DNA of 28,000 nt from a virus (Duplodnaviria; Caudoviricetes). Numbering within the stretch: position 1 is the stretch's first letter; every line of letters begins with the position of its first letter. The translations under genes and the position numbers were made by a program. The notes beneath the pieces are model-generated. The model worked only from the letters and a program-made list of their open reading frames with translations. It searched no databases and was not told the origin of the DNA. Below, piece by piece: positions 13,053 to 22,067 of the stretch. The DNA lies in IMG/VR virus record IMGVR_UViG_3300017650_000025, positions 1 to 28,000 of that record; one strand, written 5' to 3'.

Positions 13053-14743
13053 AGGATTGGTCGACGGCTTGTCCGGACTGGGAGAAGTGGATTGTCGCCG
13101 GACGATCCCTGATCGTGCCACCGCCGCTATTCCCGGACGAGGCTCACGCGGCGCTTGAGGTGTTCAAGGCGCTGCGGATCGTCGATGCGGCGGGGAGCCC
13201 GACGTTCGGAGAGGCTTGCGAACAATGGGTGTTCGATTTCGTTCTGGCGATCTTCGGGGCCTATGATCCTGAGACCGGCAAGCGGCTGATCCGCGAATTC
13301 TTCCTCCTGATCAGCAAGAAGAACAGCAAGAGCACCATCGCTGCCGGCATCATGTTGACCGCGCTGATCCGGAATTGGCGGCTGTCGAACGAACTGCTGA
13401 TCTTGGCGCCGACGATCGAGGCGGCCGACAACAGTTTCAAGCCGGCGGCAGACATGGTGAGGGCCGACCCTGAGTTGAACGCGGCTGATGCCGGCTTCCT
13501 GCATATTCAGGATCACCTTCGGCAGATCACGCATCTCAAGACCAAGGCGGTGTTGAAGGTGGTGGCGGCCGATGGCAAGACGGTGGTCGGGAAGAAGGCC
13601 GCGTTCGTTCTGATTGACGAACTTTGGGAGTTCGGCAGCAAGCCGCGGGCCGATGCGATGTTGCGTGAGGCGACCGGCGGTCTGATATCAAAGCCGGAAG
13701 GTTTTGTGATTTCGATCTCGACACAGTCGGATGCGCCGCCGGCCGGAGTGTTCAAGGACAAGCTGGATTATTTCCGCGACGTCCGGGACGGTAAAATCAA
13801 GGACAAGAAGTCGCTCGGGGTGCTCTATGAGTTCCCAAAGGCGATGATCGACAGTCAGGCCTATCTCGACCCTGACAACTTCTACATCACCAACCCAAAC
13901 ATCGGTCGATCGGTCAGCCGCGAGTGGCTGGAAGACGAAATGCGCAAGGAACTGGCGAAAGGGCCAGAAACCCGCAACACCTTCCTCGCCAAGCATCTGA
14001 ATATCGAGATCGGAATCAATCTTCGGGCCAACCGGTGGGCCGGCGCCGACTTTTGGGATCGGCAGGAAGACAAAACCATCACCTTCGATAGCCTGCTCGA
14101 GCAGAGCGAGGTGGTCGTCGTTGGTGTCGACGGTGGTGGCCTCGACGATCTGTTCGGCCTATCCGTTGTTGGACGACACAAGGAAACCCGCGACTGGATG
14201 TCATGGTCCCATGCATGGTGTCACAAGGGGGTTCTGGAGCGGCGCAAATCGATTGCTTCGCTGCTGCGGGACTTCGAAGACGCCAGCGAGTTGACCATCG
14301 TCGACGACCAGCTTGACGACCTGTCGGCGATCATCGAGGTGGTCGCCGAGATCAAGCGCCGCGGCTTGCTCGCTTCGGTGGCGGTGGACCCGGCCGGCCT
14401 TGGCGAGATGATCGAGGCGCTGGCGGAAATCGAGGTCACACAGGAAGCCGGCAATCTCATTGGTGCCCCGCAGGGTTGGGCAATGATGAACGCCATCAAG
14501 ACGGCGGAACGCAAGCTTGCGAACGGAACTCTCCGTCACGCACCGTCGAAATTGATGGCCTGGTGTGTCGGCAACCTGAAGATCGAGCCGACGGCAACCG
14601 GCATTAAGGCGACAAAGCAGAACGCCGGCGACGCCAAGATCGACCCGGTGATGGCGATGTTCGATGCTGTCACCGTCATGAGCCGGAATCCTGAAGCTTC
14701 CGGTCCTTCTGTATACCGCGAGCGCGGCGCGCTGGTGCTTTAG
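13049..14743 (+). CDS. terL: Terminase large subunit
   Basis: Walker A ISKKNSKST, Walker B VLIDELW, nuclease GVDGGGLDD and KIDPVMA. Confidence 0.96.
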   Translation: MKDWSTACPDWEKWIVAGRSLIVPPPLFPDEAHAALEVFKALRIVDAAGSPTFGEACEQWVFDFVLAIFGAYDPETGKRLIREFFLLISKKNSKSTIAAGIMLTALIRNWRLSNELLILAPTIEAADNSFKPAADMVRADPELNAADAGFLHIQDHLRQITHLKTKAVLKVVAADGKTVVGKKAAFVLIDELWEFGSKPRADAMLREATGGLISKPEGFVISISTQSDAPPAGVFKDKLDYFRDVRDGKIKDKKSLGVLYEFPKAMIDSQAYLDPDNFYITNPNIGRSVSREWLEDEMRKELAKGPETRNTFLAKHLNIEIGINLRANRWAGADFWDRQEDKTITFDSLLEQSEVVVVGVDGGGLDDLFGLSVVGRHKETRDWMSWSHAWCHKGVLERRKSIASLLRDFEDASELTIVDDQLDDLSAIIEVVAEIKRRGLLASVAVDPAGLGEMIEALAEIEVTQEAGNLIGAPQGWAMMNAIKTAERKLANGTLRHAPSKLMAWCVGNLKIEPTATGIKATKQNAGDAKIDPVMAMFDAVTVMSRNPEASGPSVYRERGALVL

Positions 14744-14751
14744 GAAATCGA

Positions 14752-16026
14752 ATGAACCTTTGGTCGCGCATATTCGGCGGGCGGGAGCCTGCCGCCGCAC
14801 CACGCGCGTCCTTTCAGGATGCAAGCGGGGGTATCGTCATCGATACCCCGCAAAAGCTCGAAGAGGTGCTTCGCGCGGGGTCCATCACGGCGTCGGGCGC
14901 CCGAGTAACGCCAGATAGCGCTATGCGCGTTGCTGCCGTTTATGCCTGTGTCCGCATTCGATCGGGCGTTGTCGCGAATATGCCGCTGCATATCAAGCGG
15001 CGCGTGGATGAGCGAACCCGGGAAGATGCCTCGGATCATCCATTGTGGAGCGTTCTGCGCCGCAAGCCAAACCGATGGCAGACGCCGTCGCAGTTCAAGC
15101 GGATGCTGCAGGCGCACTTGATGTTGCGCGGCAACGCTTACGCTATGATTGTTCGGTCTGTGGGGAAGGTGAAGGAGCTTGTCCCACTCCATCCGGACCG
15201 TGTTGAATGTAAGCAGAATGACGATCTGTCGATAGATTACACCTACACCCGGAAGGATGGGCGGAAGATCAAACTAGCGCAGCATGAGGTGTTTCACCTC
15301 GTTGGACTGACGCTAGACGGTGTGCACGGCGTCTCAGTCATCACTTACGCGCGCGAAACCATCGGACTTTCGTTGTCGATGGAGAACCACGGCGCGACCG
15401 TGTTCAAGAACGGCGCCCGGGTGTCCACGGTGCTGATTCATCCCGGCAAGCTCGGCAAAGAAGGTCTTGAGTTCCTTCGCGCCAGCCTCGATGACTATCG
15501 CGCCGGCGGCGAGAGTGAGGGCAAGGCCCTCATTCTTGAAGAGAAGATGGACGTCAAGCCGCTCGCGATGACGGCGGAGGATGCGCAGTGGATCGAGAGT
15601 CGCAAATTCTCACGCGCTGATATCGCGATGTTCTTCGGCGTGCCGCCGCACATGATCGGCGATACCGAAAAATCCACAAGTTGGGGGACCGGCATCGATG
15701 CTCAGACGCAAGGCTTCGTCACGTTCTCCGCCGAGGACGATCTGACGACATGGGAAGAGACGGTCAATCGCGACTTGATCGGTGAAGATGAGCCCCTTCT
15801 TTACGCGCGATTCAACCGAAACGCGCTTGTGCGCGGCGATCTTAAGACCCGTTGGGAAGCCTACGTCAAAGCGCTGCAATGGGGCGTCTACAGCCCGAAC
15901 AAGGTGCTCGAACTGGAAGATGAGAACCCGCGAGAGGGCGGGGACATCTGGTACCCGCCGCCGAACACGGCCGGAAACTCCGACCCGAAAAAGGATGATG
16001 GCGATGAGCCTGCGCAAACTGCCTGA
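14752..16026 (+). CDS. HK97-family portal protein
   Basis: AVYACVRI, LRGNAYA, IAMFFGVPPHMIG motifs. Confidence 0.96.
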   Translation: MNLWSRIFGGREPAAAPRASFQDASGGIVIDTPQKLEEVLRAGSITASGARVTPDSAMRVAAVYACVRIRSGVVANMPLHIKRRVDERTREDASDHPLWSVLRRKPNRWQTPSQFKRMLQAHLMLRGNAYAMIVRSVGKVKELVPLHPDRVECKQNDDLSIDYTYTRKDGRKIKLAQHEVFHLVGLTLDGVHGVSVITYARETIGLSLSMENHGATVFKNGARVSTVLIHPGKLGKEGLEFLRASLDDYRAGGESEGKALILEEKMDVKPLAMTAEDAQWIESRKFSRADIAMFFGVPPHMIGDTEKSTSWGTGIDAQTQGFVTFSAEDDLTTWEETVNRDLIGEDEPLLYARFNRNALVRGDLKTRWEAYVKALQWGVYSPNKVLELEDENPREGGDIWYPPPNTAGNSDPKKDDGDEPAQTA

Positions 16027-16858
16027 AGCGAAGTCGTTTCAGCGCCCGCAGAATTTCCAGTGGGATGCGCCGAGCGATGTGCTGGCGAAGTGGGCCGAGA
16101 AGCCGCTGGCGTCGACCGCTGACGATCCCAACACCGTCACCATCTTCGACGTGATCGGTGAGGATTTCTGGACGGGGGGCGGTTTCACCGCGAAGCGAAT
16201 GTCGGCCGCGCTTCGTTCGATCGGGAAGAACGACGTCACGGTGCAGATCAACTCGCCCGGCGGCGACATGTTCGAGGGAATCTCGATCTACAACATACTC
16301 CGCAGCCATCCTGCAAAGGTGACCATCGAGGTCATGGGTTGGGCGGCGTCGGCCGCGTCGATTATCGCCATGGCCGGCGACGAAATCCGCATGGGTCTTG
16401 GCACCTTCATGATGGTGCACAATGCCTGGGGCGTGGTGATCGGGAATCGTCACGATATGCGCGAAGCAGCCGATATGTTTGACGGCTTCGACGGTGCGAT
16501 CGCGGATATCTACGAGGCTCGCACCAGCATGAAGCGGGCCGACATTGAGAAACTGATGGATGCCGAAACCTTCATGGGTCCGTCCGAGGCTGTGAAGAAC
16601 GGTTTTGCTGATGCTGTCGCGGACGAGCTTTCCGCCGACGTCGGCGACGCGAAGAATATGGACCGGGGGTTGATGGCCCGCCGGCAGACCGAAGCCGCGC
16701 TCGCTCGCGCTGGCTTCTCCCGAGACAAGCGATCCGAGATCCTGTCGGAAATCGGAGCTTCTGCGGCCCTGCGTGATGCAAGCCGCAACCCCGCCGCGCG
16801 CGATGCAGGCATCGACCCGGCCGCCCTTCAGCGGCTCATTGAAACCATTCGTTCATAA
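16004..16858 (+). CDS. ClpP-type prohead maturation protease
   Basis: INSPGGDMFEG, AASAASIIAMAG, MMVHNAW; start ATG 16004 (MSLRKLP). Confidence 0.93.
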   Translation: MSLRKLPEAKSFQRPQNFQWDAPSDVLAKWAEKPLASTADDPNTVTIFDVIGEDFWTGGGFTAKRMSAALRSIGKNDVTVQINSPGGDMFEGISIYNILRSHPAKVTIEVMGWAASAASIIAMAGDEIRMGLGTFMMVHNAWGVVIGNRHDMREAADMFDGFDGAIADIYEARTSMKRADIEKLMDAETFMGPSEAVKNGFADAVADELSADVGDAKNMDRGLMARRQTEAALARAGFSRDKRSEILSEIGASAALRDASRNPAARDAGIDPAALQRLIETIRS

Positions 16859-16868
16859 GGAACATCAA

Positions 16869-18140
16869 ATGACGAAGGCACTTTCCCGCACCCGCGGGCT
16901 GGTCGTCGTGCGCGCGGATGCGAGCGACGCAACCAAAATCCTCGCCGATCTTCAGAAGACCTTCGAGGACTTCAAGGCCGAGCGCGACAAAGAACTGGCC
17001 GACATCAAAAAGGGTATGGCCGACGTGGTACAGACCGAGAAGGTCGACCGCATCAACGCCGAGATCACCAAGCTGACCAAGGATATCGACGCTGTGAACG
17101 CGGCGATGGCTGCGATCAAGGTGGGTGGCGCCGGCGGTGCTCTCGATCCGGATAAGGCGGAGCACGCCCAAGCGTTCGACCGCTTCTTCCGCCGCGGCGC
17201 CGATGCCGGCCTGCGTGATCTCGAGGTCAAGGCTAAGTTGACCACGCAGTCCGACCCGGACGGTGGTTATCTTGTCCCGGAAGAGACCGAGGCCGGCATC
17301 GATCGTGTGCTGGGCACCGTGTCGACGATCCGGTCCCTGTCTCGCGTCATCACCATCTCGACCAGCACCTACAAGAAGCTCGTCAACATGGGCGGTGCGA
17401 CGTCGGGCTGGGTCGGCGAAGAACAGGCGCGGACCGGCACCGATACGCCGACCCTGCGTGAGATCGCCATCAACACCGGCGAAATCTACGCGATGCCTGG
17501 TGCGACCCAGACGTCGCTTGACGATGCCCGGATCGACCTTGCTGCGTGGTTGGCCGACGAGGTGTCGATCGAGTTCGCCGAGCAGGAAGGCGCTGCCTTC
17601 GCGTCCGGTAACGGCGTGAACAAGCCGCGCGGCATCCTGTCCTATGACACGGTGGCGAATGCTTCCTATGCCTGGGGCAAGATCGGCTTTGTCGTCTCGG
17701 GGAAGGCTGATGGCTTCCTTGCGGCGACGGCCTCGGTCAATCCCGCCGATGCGCTGATCGACCTCTACTACGGCCTCAAGTCCGGTTATCGGAATGGCGC
17801 GTCGTGGCTGATGTCGGATCCGACCATGGGCACCGTGCGCAAGTTCAAGGACGCGCAGGGGGCCTACATCTGGAATCCGCCCACGGCGGCCGGTGAGGTG
17901 GGCACCATTCTCGGTAAGCCAGTTCACACCGACGACAATATGCCGGCGGTGGGTGCGGGCGCCTTCCCGATCGCCCTCGGCGACTTCAACCGGGGCTATC
18001 TGGTTGTCGATCGTGCCGGCGTTCGGGTGCTTCGCGATCCCTACACCGCCAAGCCGAATGTCTTGTTCTACACGACCAAGCGCGTCGGCGGCGGCGTGGT
18101 GAACTTCGAAGCCCTCAAGCTGCTGAAGATCAGCACCTGA
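16869..18140 (+). CDS. HK97-fold major capsid protein
   Basis: DGGYLVPEE, GNGVNKPRG, GDFNRGY, FYTTKRVGGGV; TAAGGA RBS before ATG 16869. Confidence 0.96.
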   Translation: MTKALSRTRGLVVVRADASDATKILADLQKTFEDFKAERDKELADIKKGMADVVQTEKVDRINAEITKLTKDIDAVNAAMAAIKVGGAGGALDPDKAEHAQAFDRFFRRGADAGLRDLEVKAKLTTQSDPDGGYLVPEETEAGIDRVLGTVSTIRSLSRVITISTSTYKKLVNMGGATSGWVGEEQARTGTDTPTLREIAINTGEIYAMPGATQTSLDDARIDLAAWLADEVSIEFAEQEGAAFASGNGVNKPRGILSYDTVANASYAWGKIGFVVSGKADGFLAATASVNPADALIDLYYGLKSGYRNGASWLMSDPTMGTVRKFKDAQGAYIWNPPTAAGEVGTILGKPVHTDDNMPAVGAGAFPIALGDFNRGYLVVDRAGVRVLRDPYTAKPNVLFYTTKRVGGGVVNFEALKLLKIST

Positions 18141-18148
18141 TCGAACTG

Positions 18149-18170
18149 ACGGGCGGCTTCGGTCGCCCGT
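18149..18170 (+). terminator. cUUCGg stem-loop after capsid gene (weak terminator or mRNA stabiliser)
   Basis: ACGGGCGGC-TTCG-GTCGCCCGT, no long U tract. Confidence 0.6.
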
Positions 18171-18203
18171 TCCTCCCCATCTTCCCTTCGAAAGGACTGT
18201 CCC

Positions 18204-18590
18204 ATGAAGGACGGAATCTCTGGCATCGGCGTGGTCGCCACGCTCGCACCGGTCGATTATGCCGCGACCACCAAGGGCACTGCGATCGATCTGCAGGGCT
18301 TCAACAGCGCCACCCTCATCGTCAACAGCGGCGCCATCACCAGCGCCGGCCTCTACGACGTCAAGCTGCAGGAATCCGACACCACGACGGACGGTGATTT
18401 CACCGACGTCGTGGCCGGTGATCTGCTCGGCGACCTCCCTGACGCGCTGGCCGCGACCTCGGTCTACAAGCAGGGCTACAAGGGATCGAAGCGCTACATC
18501 CGAGCCGTCATCACCAAGCAGTCCGGCACGTCCATCGTCGCCGGCGCCGTCGTGGTGCGTGGCCATCCTTCGGACGCGCCCGTCGCCTGA
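18204..18590 (+). CDS. Virion structural protein, possible head decoration
   Basis: AAAGGA RBS; capsid-like codon usage; beta-rich; directly after MCP. Confidence 0.75.
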   Translation: MKDGISGIGVVATLAPVDYAATTKGTAIDLQGFNSATLIVNSGAITSAGLYDVKLQESDTTTDGDFTDVVAGDLLGDLPDALAATSVYKQGYKGSKRYIRAVITKQSGTSIVAGAVVVRGHPSDAPVA

Positions 18591-18596
18591 CGACTT

Positions 18597-18618
18597 GGGG
18601 CGGCCTTCGGGCCGCTCC
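18597..18618 (+). terminator. cUUCGg stem-loop
   Basis: GGGGCGGCC-TTCG-GGCCGCTCC followed by a pyrimidine tract. Confidence 0.6.
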
Positions 18619-18638
18619 TTCCTCTCTTGGGTATCTCC

Positions 18639-19250
18639 ATGCTTGCACCGGTCCGCACCGCAGCGCCAGCCATTACTCCGGTCTCCCTCGCTGACCTGAA
18701 GGCGTCATTGCGCGTCGATCACTCCGACGATGATGCGGTGATCGGCGCGCTGCTGGCCGCGGCCGTCAATCATTTCGATGGCTGGACCGGCATTCTCGGT
18801 CGCTGCTTGGTGGAGCAGACATGGCGGCAAGATTTCGGGTGCTTCACTGACTGTTTGCGGCTGCCGCTGGCGCCGGTTTTGACGGTCGAAAGCGTCACAT
18901 ATTTCGACGGAGAGAATGCGCAGCAGACGCTCGCCGCATCCGTCTATGGTCTGTTTTCCGATGCGCGCGGCCCGTATGTCGGGCTGAAGCCGGATCAATC
19001 GTGGCCAGGTAGCTACTCGCGCCGCGATGCCGTCTCGGTGACTTTCAAGGCGGGCTACGCCACGACGCCCGCAGTGCCAGCCGATCCGGGGCCTGAAGCC
19101 CCAGAACAAAGCACCGTGCCCGATCCGATCAAGTTGGCGATCATCATGCACGTCAAGTCTAACTATGACCCGCTCGATCCAACCGTTCGGGATTCCTATC
19201 AGCGCGCGATCGATGCGCTTGTCGCTCCGTTCCGCCGGGTAGGGGTGTGA
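18639..19250 (+). CDS. Head-tail connector (gp6-like)
   Basis: PVSLADLKASLRVDHSDDD...LGRCLVEQTW...VPDPIKLAI. Confidence 0.9.
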   Translation: MLAPVRTAAPAITPVSLADLKASLRVDHSDDDAVIGALLAAAVNHFDGWTGILGRCLVEQTWRQDFGCFTDCLRLPLAPVLTVESVTYFDGENAQQTLAASVYGLFSDARGPYVGLKPDQSWPGSYSRRDAVSVTFKAGYATTPAVPADPGPEAPEQSTVPDPIKLAIIMHVKSNYDPLDPTVRDSYQRAIDALVAPFRRVGV

Positions 19251-19594
19251 TGGCGAAGGTCAGCGCCCAGAGCCTCTATTATAAGGTCCACTGCCAGAAA
19301 CGCATCGAGCAGGATGACGGCTACGGCAATACCGTCTCGGACTTTGCCACTCAATTTACGGTGCGGGCGGCATACCGCCACTTGCGCGGCGGCGAGACCG
19401 TCATCGCGTCTCGTCTCGAGAGCAAACACCCGGTCGTCATCACCGTGCGCGCGTCCAGCCAAACGCGCCAGATCAATTCCGACTGGCGTCTCGTTGACGC
19501 TCGCGACGGCACCGAATGGGCGGTGCGCGACGTCACGCCTGAGACAGATCGGCAGTTCATCACCTTCCTTTGCGAAAGCGGCGTCGCCGCATAA
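19250..19594 (+). CDS. Head closure / head-tail adaptor
   Basis: DDGYGN...LRGGETVIASRL...ITVR pattern; position. Confidence 0.85.
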   Translation: MAKVSAQSLYYKVHCQKRIEQDDGYGNTVSDFATQFTVRAAYRHLRGGETVIASRLESKHPVVITVRASSQTRQINSDWRLVDARDGTEWAVRDVTPETDRQFITFLCESGVAA

Positions 19595-19609
19595 CCTGGA
19601 GCCATCACC

Positions 19610-20020
19610 ATGACGGACCTGACGATTACCGCGGCGAATGTTGTCGCGGGCACCACTGCGGCGCGCGACAGCGGTAACGCCGGCGAGGCGATCACCGCCG
19701 GGCAGGCGGTTTATCGTTCGTCGACCACGAACAAGTGGATGCTGGCCGATAGCGACTCCGCGACCGCTGAAGCCAAGCGAGCGACCGGCATCGCGCTCAA
19801 CGGCGCGGCGCTCAATCAGCCGATCTCGGTGTTGAAATCCGGCGAGATCACCATCGGCGCCACGCTCACCGCCGGAACGGCCTATTACCTGAGCGCTACG
19901 CCAGGCGGCATCTGCCCGGTTGCCGACGTCGGCACCGGTGACGACGTCTGCCTGATTGGCCTCGCCAAATCCACGTCGGTGCTGGTGGTCAACATCCAAG
20001 CGCCGGGCGTGACGCTGTGA
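19610..20020 (+). CDS. A/G/T-rich structural protein, possible cement/decoration
   Basis: AGEAITAGQAVY...GIALNGA...YYLS; GGAG RBS. Confidence 0.7.
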   Translation: MTDLTITAANVVAGTTAARDSGNAGEAITAGQAVYRSSTTNKWMLADSDSATAEAKRATGIALNGAALNQPISVLKSGEITIGATLTAGTAYYLSATPGGICPVADVGTGDDVCLIGLAKSTSVLVVNIQAPGVTL

Positions 20021-20319
20021 AGACCGTGAAAATGGACCGGGACTTCGATTACCGCCCGGTCCATTCCCAAGTCATCGCTTATCGAGCCGGTCAGACCTAT
20101 CAGCGCGTGCCCGAAGCCGCGGTGCGCGCGATCGTAGCGGCAGGCGCGGGGAGGATTGAAGATGGCGACGATCTTGGGGCTCGCGAAGCTGCAAGCCAAG
20201 CTCAACAGGATGCCGGCGGTGGCGACGGTTCAGATCAAGGCGGCAATGGAGCAGGGCGCCGACGAGATCGTCGCGATGATGAAGAGCCTCGTTCCGGTAA
20301 GGACGGGCGCGCTTCGTGA
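20017..20319 (+). CDS. Small hypothetical virion-module protein
   Basis: GTGA coupling; N-terminal DFDYRP...AYRAG motif; C-terminal half overlaps next gene. Confidence 0.55.
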   Translation: MKTVKMDRDFDYRPVHSQVIAYRAGQTYQRVPEAAVRAIVAAGAGRIEDGDDLGAREAASQAQQDAGGGDGSDQGGNGAGRRRDRRDDEEPRSGKDGRAS

Positions 20320-20605
20320 CAGCATCGGGTGGACGTGGGGTGCTGAAGCCCCCGCGGGCTCCCTGATCGTTGCGGTCGCAAAGAGCAAGCTGGGCAAAGA
20401 CCTCACCATCACGATCTACGCGGGCTCGCGCGACAAGAGCCGTGGCGCTGCTGATGCTTATTGGGCCCGCTGGGTGGAGTTCGGAACCGTGAAAACGCCG
20501 AAGCAGCCGTATTTTTACGTGAGTTACCGCGCCAATAAGAAGAAGGTCGTTCGCCGCATCCGCACCGCAACCCGCAAGGCGGGCAAGTTGGTTGCGGCGC
20601 AATGA
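20162..20605 (+). CDS. HK97 gp10-like tail component
   Basis: VPVRTGALRDSI...YWARWVEFGT...QPYF. Confidence 0.88.
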   Translation: MATILGLAKLQAKLNRMPAVATVQIKAAMEQGADEIVAMMKSLVPVRTGALRDSIGWTWGAEAPAGSLIVAVAKSKLGKDLTITIYAGSRDKSRGAADAYWARWVEFGTVKTPKQPYFYVSYRANKKKVVRRIRTATRKAGKLVAAQ

Positions 20606-21009
20606 CCTCTCCTTCTTTGGAATTGCAGGGCGTGTTGGTCAAGCGTCTCAAAGAAGACGCAGCGTTGTCAGCGCTGATCTCTGACCGCGTATACGACAAC
20701 GTGCCAGCGGATCCGGTCTTTCCTTATGTGTCGCTCGGTACCGGTGACGAGACCGAAGATGATGCCGACTGCATTGAGGCGTTGGATATTTCGTTGCAGA
20801 TCGATTGTTGGTCCCGCGCCGTCGGCTTTCCGGAAGTCAGGAAGATCAGCGATGCGGTGCGACGTTCGCTGCACGAAGCCGACCTGACACTCGCAAGCAA
20901 CGCGATCGTCTCATTTGTTCATCGTCAGACCCGCGTGTTCCGCGACCCTGATGGCCTCACGAGCCATGCAGCAATGACATTCGACGCTTTTGTCGAAGTA
21001 GCCGCCTAG
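20602..21009 (+). CDS. DUF3168 tail terminator
   Basis: RVYDNVP...FPYVSLG...QIDCWSR...RDPDGLTSH. Confidence 0.88.
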   Translation: MTSPSLELQGVLVKRLKEDAALSALISDRVYDNVPADPVFPYVSLGTGDETEDDADCIEALDISLQIDCWSRAVGFPEVRKISDAVRRSLHEADLTLASNAIVSFVHRQTRVFRDPDGLTSHAAMTFDAFVEVAA

Positions 21010-21055
21010 CGGCATTCACTGGCGGCCCGGCCGCACATTCCCATGGAGACTTAAA

Positions 21056-21493
21056 ATGAGCGCGCCCACCACTGCCCGTTTTGGCAAGTTCAAGATCCTG
21101 CTCGGCGATGGTGCCGATCCGGAGGTTTTCACCGCACCGTGCGGCTTCACCTCGAAGTCGCTGCAGCTCACCAAGGCGCTGACGGAAGTCAACCTACCCG
21201 ACTGCGACGATCCTGACGCTGTGGCGTGGGTTGGCCGCGATGCGCAGAGCCTGTCGGCGTCGGTTTCGGGCGAGGGCGTGCTGTCCTCTCAGTCGGTCGA
21301 CGCCTGGCTGGCGGCCTGGGAGAACGTCGAGTCGATCAGCGTCAAGGTGATCATCGAATTCCCGGCCAAGACGATCACGTGGACCGGGAAAATGCACATC
21401 GCCACCTTCAGTCCAACTGCGGAGCAGGGTGGCCGTGTCACGGCTTCGGTTGAAATGCAGTCCGATGGCGAATTGGTGCGGGTGACAGCCTGA
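21056..21493 (+). CDS. Major tail tube protein
   Basis: FTAPCGFTSKS...PDCDDPD...VSGEG; GGAG RBS. Confidence 0.9.
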   Translation: MSAPTTARFGKFKILLGDGADPEVFTAPCGFTSKSLQLTKALTEVNLPDCDDPDAVAWVGRDAQSLSASVSGEGVLSSQSVDAWLAAWENVESISVKVIIEFPAKTITWTGKMHIATFSPTAEQGGRVTASVEMQSDGELVRVTA

Positions 21494-21915
21494 TGTCGCG
21501 CGACGCCTCAGTTGAACTTGACTGGGCGGACGGCACCTTTGCCTTCCGTCTGGCGTGGGGCGAGCTGGAGAAGTTGCAGGAAGCCTGCGACGCCGGACCC
21601 TACGTTATCCTCAACCGGTTGGTTGATAACTCGTGGCGCGTCGGCGACATCAGCAACGTCATTCGGCTCGGCCTGATCGGCGGCGGGATGGCGCCGGTCG
21701 ACGCGCTGAAAAAGACGCGTGAATACGTCGAGAAGCGCCCGCCGATGGAAAGCCTCATGTTTGCGCAGGCGATCTTGAGCGCAGCGATCGTGGGGGCTCC
21801 CGACGAGGGCGCGGGAAAAAAAGACGCGGCGGCAAATCCGGCGGAGAGCAACTCGACGATCTCCCGAACGGAAAGTTCAGATTTGCCGCCATCTACGGAA
21901 ACGGGGCCGCAATAG
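21493..21915 (+). CDS. Tail assembly chaperone (GTA gp10-like, gpG)
   Basis: FRLAWGELEKLQE...IRLGLIGGGM; between tail tube and TMP. Confidence 0.88.
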   Translation: MSRDASVELDWADGTFAFRLAWGELEKLQEACDAGPYVILNRLVDNSWRVGDISNVIRLGLIGGGMAPVDALKKTREYVEKRPPMESLMFAQAILSAAIVGAPDEGAGKKDAAANPAESNSTISRTESSDLPPSTETGPQ

Positions 21916-22067
21916 GATTCTCGCCTCAGCAAGTCGCCGCGATGTCGATATGGCAATACGCAGCCGCGGTGGAAGGATGGGCAAGCGTGCATTGTCCGGA
22001 TGACGCCAACTCGCTTTCGGCGCAAGAAACCGACGAACTCTGGAATTGGTTGAACGATGGCGACTGA
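21813..22067 (+). CDS. -1 frameshift extension of tail chaperone (gpGT C-terminal part)
   Basis: In-frame slippery G GGA AAA (21813-21819); -1 frame open to TGA 22065-22067. Confidence 0.8.
   Translation, partial: GKKRRGGKSGGEQLDDLPNGKFRFAAIYGNGAAIGFSPQQVAAMSIWQYAAAVEGWASVHCPDDANSLSAQETDELWNWLNDGD

Noticed and set aside
16836-18566. 576-aa minus-strand ORF
   Set aside because: Antisense shadow of the capsid and next gene caused by strong GC3 codon bias; no recognisable motif
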